Virus record (IMG/VR): IMGVR_UViG_2925639251_000002
Length of the DNA stretch: 64,000 nucleotides
From: a virus
Reading direction: 5' to 3' (one strand)
Shown here: positions 1 to 14,107 of the stretch, one piece after another
Position numbering within the stretch: the stretch's first letter is position 1
Layout of the letters: each line of letters begins with the position of its first letter
The notes under the pieces: generated by a model
What the model was told of the DNA's origin: nothing
Database searches by the model: none
What the model saw: only the letters and a program-made list of their open reading frames with translations
Made by a program: the position numbers and the translations under genes

Positions 1-273
1 TTGTTTGAAAGTGAAGCAGAACTGAGACGAATCAGGATTGCACTTGTATGGATAGCTGTCTTTTTACTGTTCGGGGCGTGCGGGAATCAAGATACCATTA
101 TTGAAACAGACAGCGGCAATTCAGACTATGAAACGCCTCAGCCCACCTCGTTTCCACTTGAACATAACCATTTTGGCGTGATGGAGGACGGCTATATCAA
201 AATTTATGAGTATAATGAGTCCCGCAATGAGGTAAAGCTGAAGAAAGAATACGCGGATGATGAGCTTGAATAA
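1..273 (+). CDS. ymzC: Small lipoprotein-like protein
   Basis: 90 aa, hydrophobic N-terminus with FGAC lipobox-like motif; position upstream of ymzA-nrdI. Confidence 0.75.
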   Translation: MFESEAELRRIRIALVWIAVFLLFGACGNQDTIIETDSGNSDYETPQPTSFPLEHNHFGVMEDGYIKIYEYNESRNEVKLKKEYADDELE

Positions 274-354
274 AATTCACAAGCATTCGAATTTACAAAG
301 CGGATGCCAGCCGCTAAACTAAATACAGACACAGATCAAACAGAGGGTGAAAAC

Positions 355-585
355 ATGAAGCATAAAGTGATCGTGAATCATTGGGAAGAAATTTGCGAAG
401 ATGATTCTTGCTATGAATACGGAACAAGTATCATTGTGAACGGAAAAGAATTAATCAGAGAAGCGTCAATTATCACTGCTTTGAAGGCGGTTTTAGAAGA
501 GATCGGCGCGGATGTTGAAATAGAAGAAACAGTAGAGAGCGAAAAATGCTGTGATAGCTTAAGAAAAAAAAATCTAGACTACTAA
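355..585 (+). CDS. ymzA: Hypothetical protein
   Basis: ATG at 355 after GAGGG RBS; synteny. Confidence 0.75.
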   Translation: MKHKVIVNHWEEICEDDSCYEYGTSIIVNGKELIREASIITALKAVLEEIGADVEIEETVESEKCCDSLRKKNLDY

Positions 586-735
586 GCAGTTTTTTTTCAT
601 GTTATGATATACATCGGCTAAAAACGACACCCCGAGTAGGACGAGAGATGATTCTCGTTCTGCTCTCTTTTTTGGGCCCTAATGAGTCTGTCCATTTGCC
701 TGATTTGATCAAAATATGAATTTTTCATAAAAACG

Positions 736-784
736 AATCTATATATTGTGTTTTTGCTAGAGGGTAGTATACTATATATAGTGT
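736..784. promoter_or_regulatory. Two NrdR boxes
   Basis: aatCtAtATaTtGtgt (736-751) and ataCtAtATaTaGtgt (769-784) match acaCwAtATaTwGtgt upstream of nrdI. Confidence 0.85.
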
Positions 785-824
785 TAGTGATGAGAGATTC
801 ATATTTTTTGATAGGTCGTGATAA

Positions 825-3282
<2,458 letters not shown>

Positions 3283-3299
3283 TTAAAGGAGAGTTTATA

Positions 3300-4289
3300 G
3301 TGACAAAAATTTATGACGCAGCAAACTGGTCAAAGCATGAAGATGATTTTACCCAAATGTTCTATAACCAAAACGTGAAACAGTTCTGGCTTCCGGAAGA
3401 GATTGCTTTAAACGGCGATCTCCTCACATGGAAGTACCTCGGAAAAAATGAGCAGGATACTTATATGAAGGTACTGGCCGGACTTACGCTTCTTGATACA
3501 GAGCAGGGGAATACGGGGATGCCGATCGTGGCTGAACACGTAGACGGCCACCAGCGGAAAGCGGTGCTGAACTTTATGGCGATGATGGAGAACGCTGTCC
3601 ATGCGAAGTCGTACTCTAATATTTTCATGACCCTTGCACCGACTGAAACGATCAATGAAGTATTTGAATGGGTTAAACAAAATAAATATTTGCAGAAAAA
3701 AGCGCAAATGATTGTCGGGCTTTACAAAGCCATTCAAAAAGATGATGAAATTTCACTGTTCAAAGCCATGGTTGCTTCCGTCTATCTGGAAAGCTTCCTT
3801 TTCTACAGCGGTTTCTATTATCCGTTATATTTCTACGGACAAGGAAAACTGATGCAAAGCGGTGAGATCATTAACCTGATCCTTCGTGACGAAGCGATTC
3901 ACGGCGTGTATGTCGGTCTCCTTGCTCAGGAAATTTATAATAAACAGACAGAAGAGAAAAAAGCAGAGCTTCGTGAATTTGCGATTGACCTTCTGAATCA
4001 GTTATATGAAAATGAGCTTGAGTATACAGAGGACTTGTACGATCAAGTCGGGCTCTCACACGATGTAAAGAAATTCATCCGCTATAATGCGAATAAAGCG
4101 CTGATGAATCTTGGATTTGATCCATACTTCGAAGAGGAAGATATTAATCCGATCGTATTAAACGGATTAAACACAAAAACAAAATCGCATGACTTCTTCT
4201 CTATGAAGGGGAATGGTTATAAAAAAGCGACAGTTGAGCCGCTCAAAGATGATGACTTTTATTTTGAAGATGAAAAAGAGCAGATATAA
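3300..4289 (+). CDS. nrdF: Ribonucleotide reductase beta subunit, class Ib
   Basis: GTG after AAGGAG; ENAVHAKSY and DEAIH di-metal motifs. Confidence 0.97.
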   Translation: MTKIYDAANWSKHEDDFTQMFYNQNVKQFWLPEEIALNGDLLTWKYLGKNEQDTYMKVLAGLTLLDTEQGNTGMPIVAEHVDGHQRKAVLNFMAMMENAVHAKSYSNIFMTLAPTETINEVFEWVKQNKYLQKKAQMIVGLYKAIQKDDEISLFKAMVASVYLESFLFYSGFYYPLYFYGQGKLMQSGEIINLILRDEAIHGVYVGLLAQEIYNKQTEEKKAELREFAIDLLNQLYENELEYTEDLYDQVGLSHDVKKFIRYNANKALMNLGFDPYFEEEDINPIVLNGLNTKTKSHDFFSMKGNGYKKATVEPLKDDDFYFEDEKEQI

Positions 4290-4338
4290 TATCTGCTCTT
4301 TTCGGCTTGAAGGTTCAAATGAGGAGGACGCAGTACCC

Positions 4339-4959
4339 ATGGGAAAAATGGACGAAATGATTTTAGTTGCCCCGCGCGATGATGTGTTTAAGAAAGAAAG
4401 CTTAACCTTCCAGGGCGTGTACAGTGAAGATAGCAGAGTAGCCGAAATCATGGCTCAGATTGAAGCGGCCTATCGTGAAATGAGAAGAGGGGACGCAGAA
4501 GAAGATCCGCGTTTCAAGCAGCCGATACCTTATGTCGTCATTAAGCGTGAAGATGAAGTTTTTCTTTACGAGCGGCTGGCTGGCGGCGGTGAATCACGAC
4601 TGCACAACAAGCTTTCTCTCGGCTTTGGCGGTCATATGAACGCCATCGAAGGGGCAGCTTCATTTGCTGAAGTCTTAAAGCTGAACACAGACCGTGAGCT
4701 TGAGGAAGAACTGCAAATAAATGAAGAAGATAAACAGGCGATTGTCACACTGGGATTGATCAATGATGATGAAAACAGTGTTGGCAAAGTGCATATCGGT
4801 ATTCTTTCTGCGCTTCAATTAAAGCCTGGCGCACAAGTGGAAGTGAAGGAGAAAGAACAAATTGCGGGTAAATGGATGAAAGTTTCTGAATTAAAACAGG
4901 ATGACATCTACAACCGTCTGGAAACATGGTCACAGTTTGTTGTTGATATTCTTGAATAA
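4339..4959 (+). CDS. ymaB: NUDIX-fold phosphoesterase-like protein
   Basis: GGAGG RBS; GFGGHMN...RELEEE Nudix-like motif; last gene of nrd operon. Confidence 0.85.
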   Translation: MGKMDEMILVAPRDDVFKKESLTFQGVYSEDSRVAEIMAQIEAAYREMRRGDAEEDPRFKQPIPYVVIKREDEVFLYERLAGGGESRLHNKLSLGFGGHMNAIEGAASFAEVLKLNTDRELEEELQINEEDKQAIVTLGLINDDENSVGKVHIGILSALQLKPGAQVEVKEKEQIAGKWMKVSELKQDDIYNRLETWSQFVVDILE

Positions 4960-4998
4960 AAAAACCCGGTTTCTCGCGATGAGGAGCCGGGTTTTTTT
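4957..4998. terminator. Bidirectional intrinsic terminator between ymaB and cwlC
   Basis: AAAAAACCCGGTTTCTC-loop-GAGGAGCCGGGTTTTTTT. Confidence 0.9.
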
Positions 4999-5022
4999 AT
5001 GAGACGCTCGTCCCAGTCTCGG

Positions 5023-5790
5023 CTATGATTCTAGGATCACAATAGCGTCAAAGCCGGCATTTTTCGCTCTGGCAGCGAGGGTGTCTGCATTGTCTTTGGA
5101 TGAAAATGCGCCAATCTGCACTTTATATAATCCGTCCTTTAAAAGGACAATCGAGTCAAAACCTTTGGCTTCGGCTTTACTTGCGAGCGAGTCGGCATTC
5201 GCTTTGACTTTAAATGCGCCGATTTGAACCTTATATAACCCTGAGCTGGAAGTCTTTTTAAGGTTAAAGGCTTGCTCCAGCCCGTTTGCATGTCCTCTCG
5301 CTAAGCTTTGAATAAAACTGCTCGTTTTCAGCTTATTTGCATCGGCAACGGTATCAATGAAGCCGTTCTCGGTCAAGAGGGCAGGCATTGCCGACTCCCT
5401 TAGGACGTGGAAGTTCGCTGTTTTTTTGCCGCGATCGGCAAAGTCGACAGCTTGTATCACTTCAGAGTGAATTGTCGATTGATAAGTCGTCGTCGGAGCT
5501 CCTACACCTGGATAAATATAGCTTTCAAAACCTGTGCCTCCCCCGGAATTAACGTGAATGGACAAAAAGAAATCTGCTCCCCAGTTATTTGCGGCATTTG
5601 TCCGGTCGTTTAAGCTGACATATTGGTCGCTTGTCCGGCTCAGCAGCAAAGAAACGCCTTCATATTCATTAGTTAATATCGTACGTAAGGCTAAAGCGAT
5701 TTGCAGGGTTAACGTTTTTTCCTGAAGGCCATTACCTGTTGCGCCTGGATCAGACCCGCCATGGCCAGGATCAATAAAAATTTTAACCAT
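5023..5790 (-). CDS. cwlC: Sporulation N-acetylmuramoyl-L-alanine amidase
   Basis: Amidase_3 motif IDPGHGG; two SPOR repeats (LYKVQIGAF). Confidence 0.95.
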   Translation of the reverse strand: MVKIFIDPGHGGSDPGATGNGLQEKTLTLQIALALRTILTNEYEGVSLLLSRTSDQYVSLNDRTNAANNWGADFFLSIHVNSGGGTGFESYIYPGVGAPTTTYQSTIHSEVIQAVDFADRGKKTANFHVLRESAMPALLTENGFIDTVADANKLKTSSFIQSLARGHANGLEQAFNLKKTSSSGLYKVQIGAFKVKANADSLASKAEAKGFDSIVLLKDGLYKVQIGAFSSKDNADTLAARAKNAGFDAIVILES

Positions 5791-6416
5791 TTTTCATCAC
5801 CTCATTACAGGATATGAAAAAACACGGCTTCTGCTTGTACGATTATCATTCAACTGAAAAATGAGGAAATAACCCTTTTACATCCGGAAATTATTTCTCG
5901 GGAAAGCGCACAATTCAACATGAAGCGACAACAGATACGGTCCGACATGAAATATGTACATATACCATATGTTTGTATGTACTTTGAGTTCGGTTAACCT
6001 GCACTGATTCCTGCTGATTTTAAACTTTACGTTCATAAGCATTTGAAACGTAAATTGATGAGAAAAGCTCCTTTCATTAAAGACACCACTTTATAAATCG
6101 AAAAAAAGAAAAACACTTCAGGTATCTTACGGCGGGTAATACGCTTCGTGCAAAAAACAGCCCGTTGCATGAAAAAAGGATTGGCGAATGGAGAAAATAA
6201 TGAGAAAGAAGCTCACTATAATACTTTGACAAAATGATTAAAAACAAAATCTCATGGTTTGTCCACCCCATGTCCGTGAATACAATAAGAAATAAAGTAT
6301 TTCTCGGGAAAGCGCAGGATTCCTTATTGTTCCCGAAAAAAGCAATTGTTTCGACACATGATAGGCGTTTGTCACAATCGGCATCCGCTTGAATATCATA
6401 TAGAGAGAACAGAGAG

Positions 6417-6977
6417 GTGAAGATGTTGGAGCGCGCTGTGACTTATAAAAACAACGGACAGATCAACATTATTCTGAACGGGCAAAAGCAGGTGCTGACG
6501 AATGCTGAGGCAGAGGCGGAATATCAGGCTGCATTGCAAAAAAACGAAGCAAAGCACGGCATTTTGAAGGAAATCGAAAAAGAGATGAGCGCATTAGTTG
6601 GGATGGAGGAAATGAAACGCAACATCAAGGAAATATACGCCTGGATTTTTGTGAACCAAAAACGCGCGGAGCAAGGCTTGAAGGTTGGAAAGCAAGCGTT
6701 GCACATGATGTTTAAAGGAAATCCGGGAACGGGAAAAACGACGGTTGCACGGCTCATCGGCAAGCTGTTCTTTGAAATGAATGTCCTGTCAAAAGGCCAC
6801 TTAATAGAAGCGGAGCGGGCTGACCTGGTCGGGGAGTATATCGGACACACCGCCCAAAAGACGAGAGACTTAATCAAAAAGTCATTAGGTGGCATTTTGT
6901 TTATAGACGAAGCCTACTCGCTGGCAAGAGGCGGCGAAAAGGACTTTGGGAAAGAAGCGATCGACACACTTGTCAAG
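6417..6977 (+). pseudogene. spoVK: 5' part of spoVK (AAA+ ATPase), interrupted by the prophage; the frame runs on to a stop at 7064
   Basis: Walker A GNPGTGKT, Walker B ILFIDE; SpoVK-like sequence ends at ...EAIDTLVK and GC content drops sharply. Confidence 0.92.
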
Positions 6978-7381
6978 AACAAGGTTTTAACTTTTATGCC
7001 ACTTCTCAACTCGATATCCCACAGCCTCAACGTCAGTATAAATACGTATGGCAGCAATATTTAGAGCGATTTAATGAGATCAAAAAAATGCACTTTGAAG
7101 AGCTTAAAACTGTAGGAGAGATTTCTAAGGAACTAAATATCTCAGATTGGATTATTTTAGATTTATTTAAATCACAAAATGTGGACAAGCTTTCATTTCA
7201 GGAATTGTCTAAGCGTAGACGAACTAAGGACTTTGCTTTTCTTTATGATCTACATTTCAATAAGAAAATGAGCCTGAAGGAAATTAGTCGAGCTTTCGAT
7301 TATTCTCCACCTTATATCCGTCAAGTTTTTAAGGATCAGGGAATTAAACACTTAACCTTTAAAAATCAGTATAAAAATTGA
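6974..7381 (+). CDS. Tandem-HTH protein; probably the 3' part of a phage gene cut at att (internal ATG at 7088)
   Basis: Frame open from the junction (QEQGFNFYATSQ...) to TGA 7381; HTH-like segments TVGEISKELNIS and SLKEISRAFDYS; no clear RBS at 7088. Confidence 0.6.
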   Translation, partial: QEQGFNFYATSQLDIPQPQRQYKYVWQQYLERFNEIKKMHFEELKTVGEISKELNISDWIILDLFKSQNVDKLSFQELSKRRRTKDFAFLYDLHFNKKMSLKEISRAFDYSPPYIRQVFKDQGIKHLTFKNQYKN

Positions 7382-7543
7382 ATTTGATTCTACATCTAGT
7401 TTTGGCTTTATCGGATATGTCTGTATATAATAATTAATTCTAAATAAAATTCCCATTTTATTTAAACCCGAAAGCTGCTTGAATACATCGCAAATATAAG
7501 GTACCCTGTATATGTATCATAGGGGTTTAACAGCCACTATAAC

Positions 7544-7580
7544 ACCAGAGAGCTCCCTCACATAGCTCTCTGGTTCTTTT
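7544..7580 (+). terminator. Intrinsic terminator-like hairpin
   Basis: Perfect 11 bp stem ACCAGAGAGCT/AGCTCTCTGGT followed by TCTTTT. Confidence 0.75.
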
Positions 7581-7836
7581 AATTTATAGGCTGTTTTTGT
7601 ATAAAGACCATCGTGAAGATGGAAATTTTAAAGATGAACTCAAATAAACTAAGGGAATAAAATAGTGAAGTTGATCCCAAATACGCAAATTTCATACAAT
7701 AAGTACATACTAATCTGTATATTAAACTTACGTGTAGAGCTGGGTAAGTAAATGTTCTTAATGGCATTAAGGGAGTGCAATTTATAGGATGAAGAAAAAT
7801 CTTATGGTAATTAATTAAAAGAACAGGAGGCTATGA

Positions 7837-8370
7837 ATGGAATTCTTAATTAGACAAGAACTCACACATGAATATAATACGACTGAAGAAATTGTTAAAA
7901 GAGCTTTTTTAAATGAAGAATATAGTGACAAGAAAGAGCATTTACTTGTAAATAGGATTAGAAAATCAGATGCATTCATTCCTGAACTTTCATTGGTCGC
8001 ATTAAATCAAGATAAAGATATCGTAGACCATGTCCTTTTATCTAAAATAAAAATCATTGATGGCGATAACACTGTCGATTCTTTAGCACTTGCTCCAGTT
8101 TCTGTTGCGCCTGATTATCAGAAAAAAGGAATTGGGAGTAAATTAATTCGTACTGCGTTAAAAAACGCAATAGAGCTTGGTTATCGTTCAGTAATTGTTT
8201 TAGGACATAAAGATTATTATCCAAGGTTTGGTTTTAAGCCAGCTAGCTTATGGAATATAAAAGCCCCATTTGAGGTGCCTGATGAAGTGTTTATGGCTCT
8301 AGAATTAGCAGATAATTCTCTTGAAGATGTGCAAGGTATCGTTAATTATTCAAAAGCTTTTTTTGAGTAA
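7837..8370 (+). CDS. GNAT N-acetyltransferase (YhbS-like)
   Basis: LAPVSVAPDYQKKGIGSKL acetyl-CoA motif; YYPRFGF; AGGAGG RBS. Confidence 0.9.
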   Translation: MEFLIRQELTHEYNTTEEIVKRAFLNEEYSDKKEHLLVNRIRKSDAFIPELSLVALNQDKDIVDHVLLSKIKIIDGDNTVDSLALAPVSVAPDYQKKGIGSKLIRTALKNAIELGYRSVIVLGHKDYYPRFGFKPASLWNIKAPFEVPDEVFMALELADNSLEDVQGIVNYSKAFFE

Positions 8371-8494
8371 AAATTAGATGATTGATTAGATATTGTTAAA
8401 AAGAGGTTGTCCCGAAAATTTTTAATCTGTGGATAGCCTCTTTTTGTGTAAAGAGCCCAAAAAAATAAAAAAGAAAGCCACAAAGGGCTTTCAA

Positions 8495-9385
8495 TTAACG
8501 TTCACATGCATAGTTGTCATGATCCCTGTCCATTTTAGATTGGTAAGCAGGGTGGGAGCTAGGCACTCCATTCGGATATTTCTTTCTTAACTCTGTGCAA
8601 TTTTTAAATGTTTCTCCAGTTGTCTCTGAAGAAGCTTCTTTTTCAGTTGTAGTCGAAGTTTCACTTGATGCCTTTGGAGTAGTAGGCTGTTTAGCTGCCG
8701 GTTTAGTTGTTGTTGCTTTTTTAACTGCAGTGGTTTTTTCTTTCACACAGCCATTAAATCCTCGGTCGGTCACATATCCATTCTTGCTCCAGATTGAAAG
8801 CTTCTCTGATTTTGCTTCCTGCTCGTCTTTCTTAAATTGGTCTATGTATTTGGTGTTTGGCTCATATACATATGCTACTCTGGCCAATCCTTCTTTTAGC
8901 AATGTTTCCTGAACAGATTTGCCATCCACATAAACATAAGCTAATAGTCTTCCGTATTTATCTCTGCGGTCACCTTTATCGAACTCCAGTTGCAGCTTAC
9001 CACTGTTGACCAATTCCTTGTTTCGCTTAGACGCATCTTCACCATATGGTTGAACACAAGAATTTGGTTTCTTAGTTTCAGGTGTATCAACGAGCAAGTA
9101 GCGAACTGTGTCTACATTTCCATTGTAGCTTACTTTAATTGTGTCACCATCAATTGCTCTATCTAGAGTAACATCGACCAATTCCTTTTTGTCTTTTTCC
9201 TTAGACTTGTCAGCAGTTTTTTCTTTAGTAGATTCCTTTAGTTCTGTTTTCTTTTCTACATCTGTAGAAGCTTGTGGTGTTTCTTTTTCTGTGCTTACTT
9301 TTTCAGAATCATTTGAGCTGCAGGCTGCCAATGATAAGCTCAAAGTGAATGCTGCAAAACCTAATAATACTTTCTTCAACTTCAT
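8495..9385 (-). CDS. yokF: Lipoprotein thermonuclease with C-terminal Excalibur domain
   Basis: LAAC lipobox; IDGDT and DKYGRLLAYVY SNase motifs; FKNCTEL...DRDHDNYACE. Confidence 0.92.
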   Translation of the reverse strand: MKLKKVLLGFAAFTLSLSLAACSSNDSEKVSTEKETPQASTDVEKKTELKESTKEKTADKSKEKDKKELVDVTLDRAIDGDTIKVSYNGNVDTVRYLLVDTPETKKPNSCVQPYGEDASKRNKELVNSGKLQLEFDKGDRRDKYGRLLAYVYVDGKSVQETLLKEGLARVAYVYEPNTKYIDQFKKDEQEAKSEKLSIWSKNGYVTDRGFNGCVKEKTTAVKKATTTKPAAKQPTTPKASSETSTTTEKEASSETTGETFKNCTELRKKYPNGVPSSHPAYQSKMDRDHDNYACER

Positions 9386-9558
9386 TTCCCCTTTTAGAAT
9401 GTTTGTTCTCTATTTATATCGGTAAACCATCAATAATTATAATCCTATATCCAATTATTGTGAATTTAATTTTTCCTTAATATCATCTCATTTCTCTTTA
9501 AAACTTCTAGGCGCATGTTAAAATTTCACTGAATTCATAGTCAAAAGGGGAATGTTTT

Positions 9559-9805
9559 ATGCTTGGAATAAAAAAACAAATGAAAACTTAATTATCAATT
9601 GGCAGCTATCAAAAATTGAAATTCCAATCAAAGAAATCAACGATGTATTCCTTGATCCAAACTATATGGAGGAGAGGAGAAAAGCGCAGTAAGGATTGGG
9701 TTTCCTTATGGCTCAACAGATAGGGTAGTAATTAAAACAGCATATAACACTTACATTTTGTTCACCACTAATCCTGCATCTATTATGAATAAAATTGTTT
9801 CCTAG
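9559..9805 (+). pseudogene. SunI/YnzG-family protein with two frameshifts
   Basis: Three frames join to MLGIKK/TNENLIINWQLSKIEIPIKEI...[27 protein letters not shown]...YILFTTN. Confidence 0.7.
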
Positions 9806-9892
9806 TAACCAATTAATGTCCTATTAGTTATGCTTTCCTTATAGTTACATGACATGGTGAAATCTAGATAATTGTTGATAGGGGGATGGGAT

Positions 9893-10426
9893 ATGGAAGA
9901 AGGCAAACTTATTCATTTGACACTTGCTGGTATTAAAGAAGCTGTTTCTAAGTATGGCACTTTTCCAATGATTCAACCAGGTGGTTTCGTATTAGAAGAT
10001 GCCACATTTGAATTTAATGAACCTGCAACAGAAGACGAAATTAGAAAATTAGAATCACATTTCAATGTAAGTTTACCCAAAGATTATAAGGAGTTCCTAG
10101 CTCTACATAATGGATTGGAGTTTCTTGATGGAATCGAAATACTCAGTATGGAAGATGTTATGAAATACAATGAAACAGAAGACCTACCAGAAAAGTGTTT
10201 TTTGATTGGATATCATTTTGATGGAAGGTATGTTATAGATTCAAATAGATATGAAAAAGGGGACTTAGATTACCTATTTTATTTGGATTCGACTGATCAT
10301 TTTGATGAAGCAGTGGATTTAAAAGCGAATTTTGAAATTTGGTTTGATCGACTTTTAAGTTCGAACGGAAATAAGTACTGGGAAGTTGAAAGAGATGCTA
10401 AAGCTTACTATAAGAACATAAATTAA
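9893..10426 (+). CDS. SMI1/KNR4 (SUKH) immunity protein, YokH-like
   Basis: PATEDEIRKLE...LPKDYKEFLALHNG motif. Confidence 0.85.
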   Translation: MEEGKLIHLTLAGIKEAVSKYGTFPMIQPGGFVLEDATFEFNEPATEDEIRKLESHFNVSLPKDYKEFLALHNGLEFLDGIEILSMEDVMKYNETEDLPEKCFLIGYHFDGRYVIDSNRYEKGDLDYLFYLDSTDHFDEAVDLKANFEIWFDRLLSSNGNKYWEVERDAKAYYKNIN

Positions 10427-10551
10427 AGATGCACCCAATGATTTTTTAGTTTCACATGTTAATCATATCATTAAAGGGCAGTCATATTTGGCTGTCTTTT
10501 TCTGTTATTGAAATAGTTGATTGTGGTAAAATTTACATAGAGTAAGCATGA

Positions 10552-12450
<1,899 letters not shown>

Positions 12451-12462
12451 GGGGGCAGTATT

Positions 12463-12921
12463 ATGTGGGTAAATTTATTAGAGGAAATTCGAAAAATTGA
12501 AGCAAAGTATGGAGATGAATTAAATTCTCCTGTTACAGACCAAGAAATAAGAAACTTTGAAGAAGCAGTATTAGGTAAGTTCCCTGTAAATGAGATTCCT
12601 TTAGAATATAAAAAATTCCTTCAAACTGTAAACGGATTAGATTTTAATGGCTTGGTAATCTATGGATTGGATCAAGAATTACTGAGAGAAGAAAATGATG
12701 AAGAAGTTTATGGTTTTATTGAAACAAATGAACAGTGGCACGAAAATGATGAGCAGAAAAAATATCTGTTTTTTGGTGACTCAGATACAGCTTGGTATTG
12801 TTTAGATGTAATTGAGAATGAATACTTAGAGCTTGATAAACCCTCTGGAACGCTGATGAACAAATTTAATGATTTTAACTCCATGTTAGCTGATGCATTG
12901 AAAGTTAGTTTAGACAATTAA
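12463..12921 (+). CDS. SMI1/KNR4 immunity protein, probably cognate to the toxin
   Basis: Directly after the toxin; IPLEYKKFLQTVNG motif. Confidence 0.85.
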   Translation: MWVNLLEEIRKIEAKYGDELNSPVTDQEIRNFEEAVLGKFPVNEIPLEYKKFLQTVNGLDFNGLVIYGLDQELLREENDEEVYGFIETNEQWHENDEQKKYLFFGDSDTAWYCLDVIENEYLELDKPSGTLMNKFNDFNSMLADALKVSLDN

Positions 12922-12976
12922 ACAAAAGTATTGCAATTGTTCATTGCTAAAGATGTGCAATGCGGAGGGGATTAAT

Positions 12977-13558
12977 ATGAGCTTCAATACTATCAAACAA
13001 AAGTTGAAAGAGTTTTCAATTGATGCAAAAACAGATCCCAGAATCAATAAAAATGAACAACTCAAAGAAATTGAAATGAACATAGGAAAACAATTACCTT
13101 CTGATTATAAGGACTTTTTGAAGGAATATGGCGGCTGTTATCTAGAAAGTACAAAAACAACAGATGAAATTGAGTATGACGTTTGCTATAAACCTATAGA
13201 GAAAGACCCTTGGATGGGTAAGGACGATGATACGCAATTGTTAGAGGATTTTTATGGTTTAGCGAACGATCATAGCAATCTTCAGAAAGCGATCGATACA
13301 TATTCTGATCGTTTTCCTAAAAATATAATTCCTATTGCAAGCTCTTCAGGCGGGAATGAAATATGTATGGATATCGATAATGAAAAGATATTGTTTTGGG
13401 ATCATGAATTAAGTCATCCAGATAAAGACTTTTTTCTGATTGCCAATTCGTTTGAGGAGTTTATCTTAAGTTTAGTTGATGAACCAATTGAAGCTGATGA
13501 AGAAGATGATGATGGAATACTGTATATTGAATTAGATGATGATTTACTAAACAGGTAA
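12977..13558 (+). CDS. SMI1/KNR4 immunity protein, YokK-like
   Basis: LPSDYKDFLKEYGG; IPIASSSGGNEIC; FWDHE; IANSFEEF. Confidence 0.85.
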   Translation: MSFNTIKQKLKEFSIDAKTDPRINKNEQLKEIEMNIGKQLPSDYKDFLKEYGGCYLESTKTTDEIEYDVCYKPIEKDPWMGKDDDTQLLEDFYGLANDHSNLQKAIDTYSDRFPKNIIPIASSSGGNEICMDIDNEKILFWDHELSHPDKDFFLIANSFEEFILSLVDEPIEADEEDDDGILYIELDDDLLNR

Positions 13559-13739
13559 ACAAAAGTCTGCAATTGCTCAATAGATACACTTGAGTTGCAC
13601 ATCCTCAATCTAAATAAAATAATGGTTTTATCCACCAAGCAATAGTATTGCAAATACCATTTTTATATGGTTATAATTAGGTTAATGATACAATTATATA
13701 ATTATTTTTTGCATTTTGTTTAATGAAATGCATAAAATA

Positions 13740-13872
13740 AAAAAGACCAGGGTGCTACCAACACCCCGGATCTGTACAAAAAGCTGCCCATCAAAGGGCT
13801 TGCTCATTGGTTCTTAGTTGAGATAGACCATTCCCTGAACTTTCTGAGGGCTCAAGGGAGGTCTATTTTTTG
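13740..13872 (+). ncRNA. Putative SR5-like antisense antitoxin RNA
   Basis: Convergent overlap with the 3' end of the type I toxin; ends in hairpin TAGACC...GGTCTA plus T-run; sigmaA-like boxes upstream; ends approximate. Confidence 0.6.
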
Positions 13873-13946
13873 TTTATATACGTCAACAGGGCAATTATAA
13901 AAGACCCAAATGCAAGCATGAGTATTAATGCTTGAAATGTTGACAT
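13863..13946 (-). CDS. Type I toxin, BsrE/BsrH family (27 aa)
   Basis: Translated by hand: MSTFQALILMLAFGSFIIALLTYINKK; AAAGGGGG RBS; absent from the ORF track. Confidence 0.88.
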   Translation of the reverse strand: MSTFQALILMLAFGSFIIALLTYINKK

Positions 13947-14107
13947 TAGCATCACCCCCTTTCATTAGGGGATGAGCAAGACTCCCTTGAGTGAGCAAAC
14001 TTAATGTACAGGAAATATTATACTATACATAAATCCCCTTGTCGTTAAAAATTCACAATAAATTACCAATATGAATCATATGTTTTAAGATTGGATAGAA
14101 CGTATCT

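Noticed and set aside
9396-9409. LexA box upstream of yokF (AGAAT-GTTT-GTTCT)
   Set aside because: Mismatch in the conserved GAAC half-site; single weak copy
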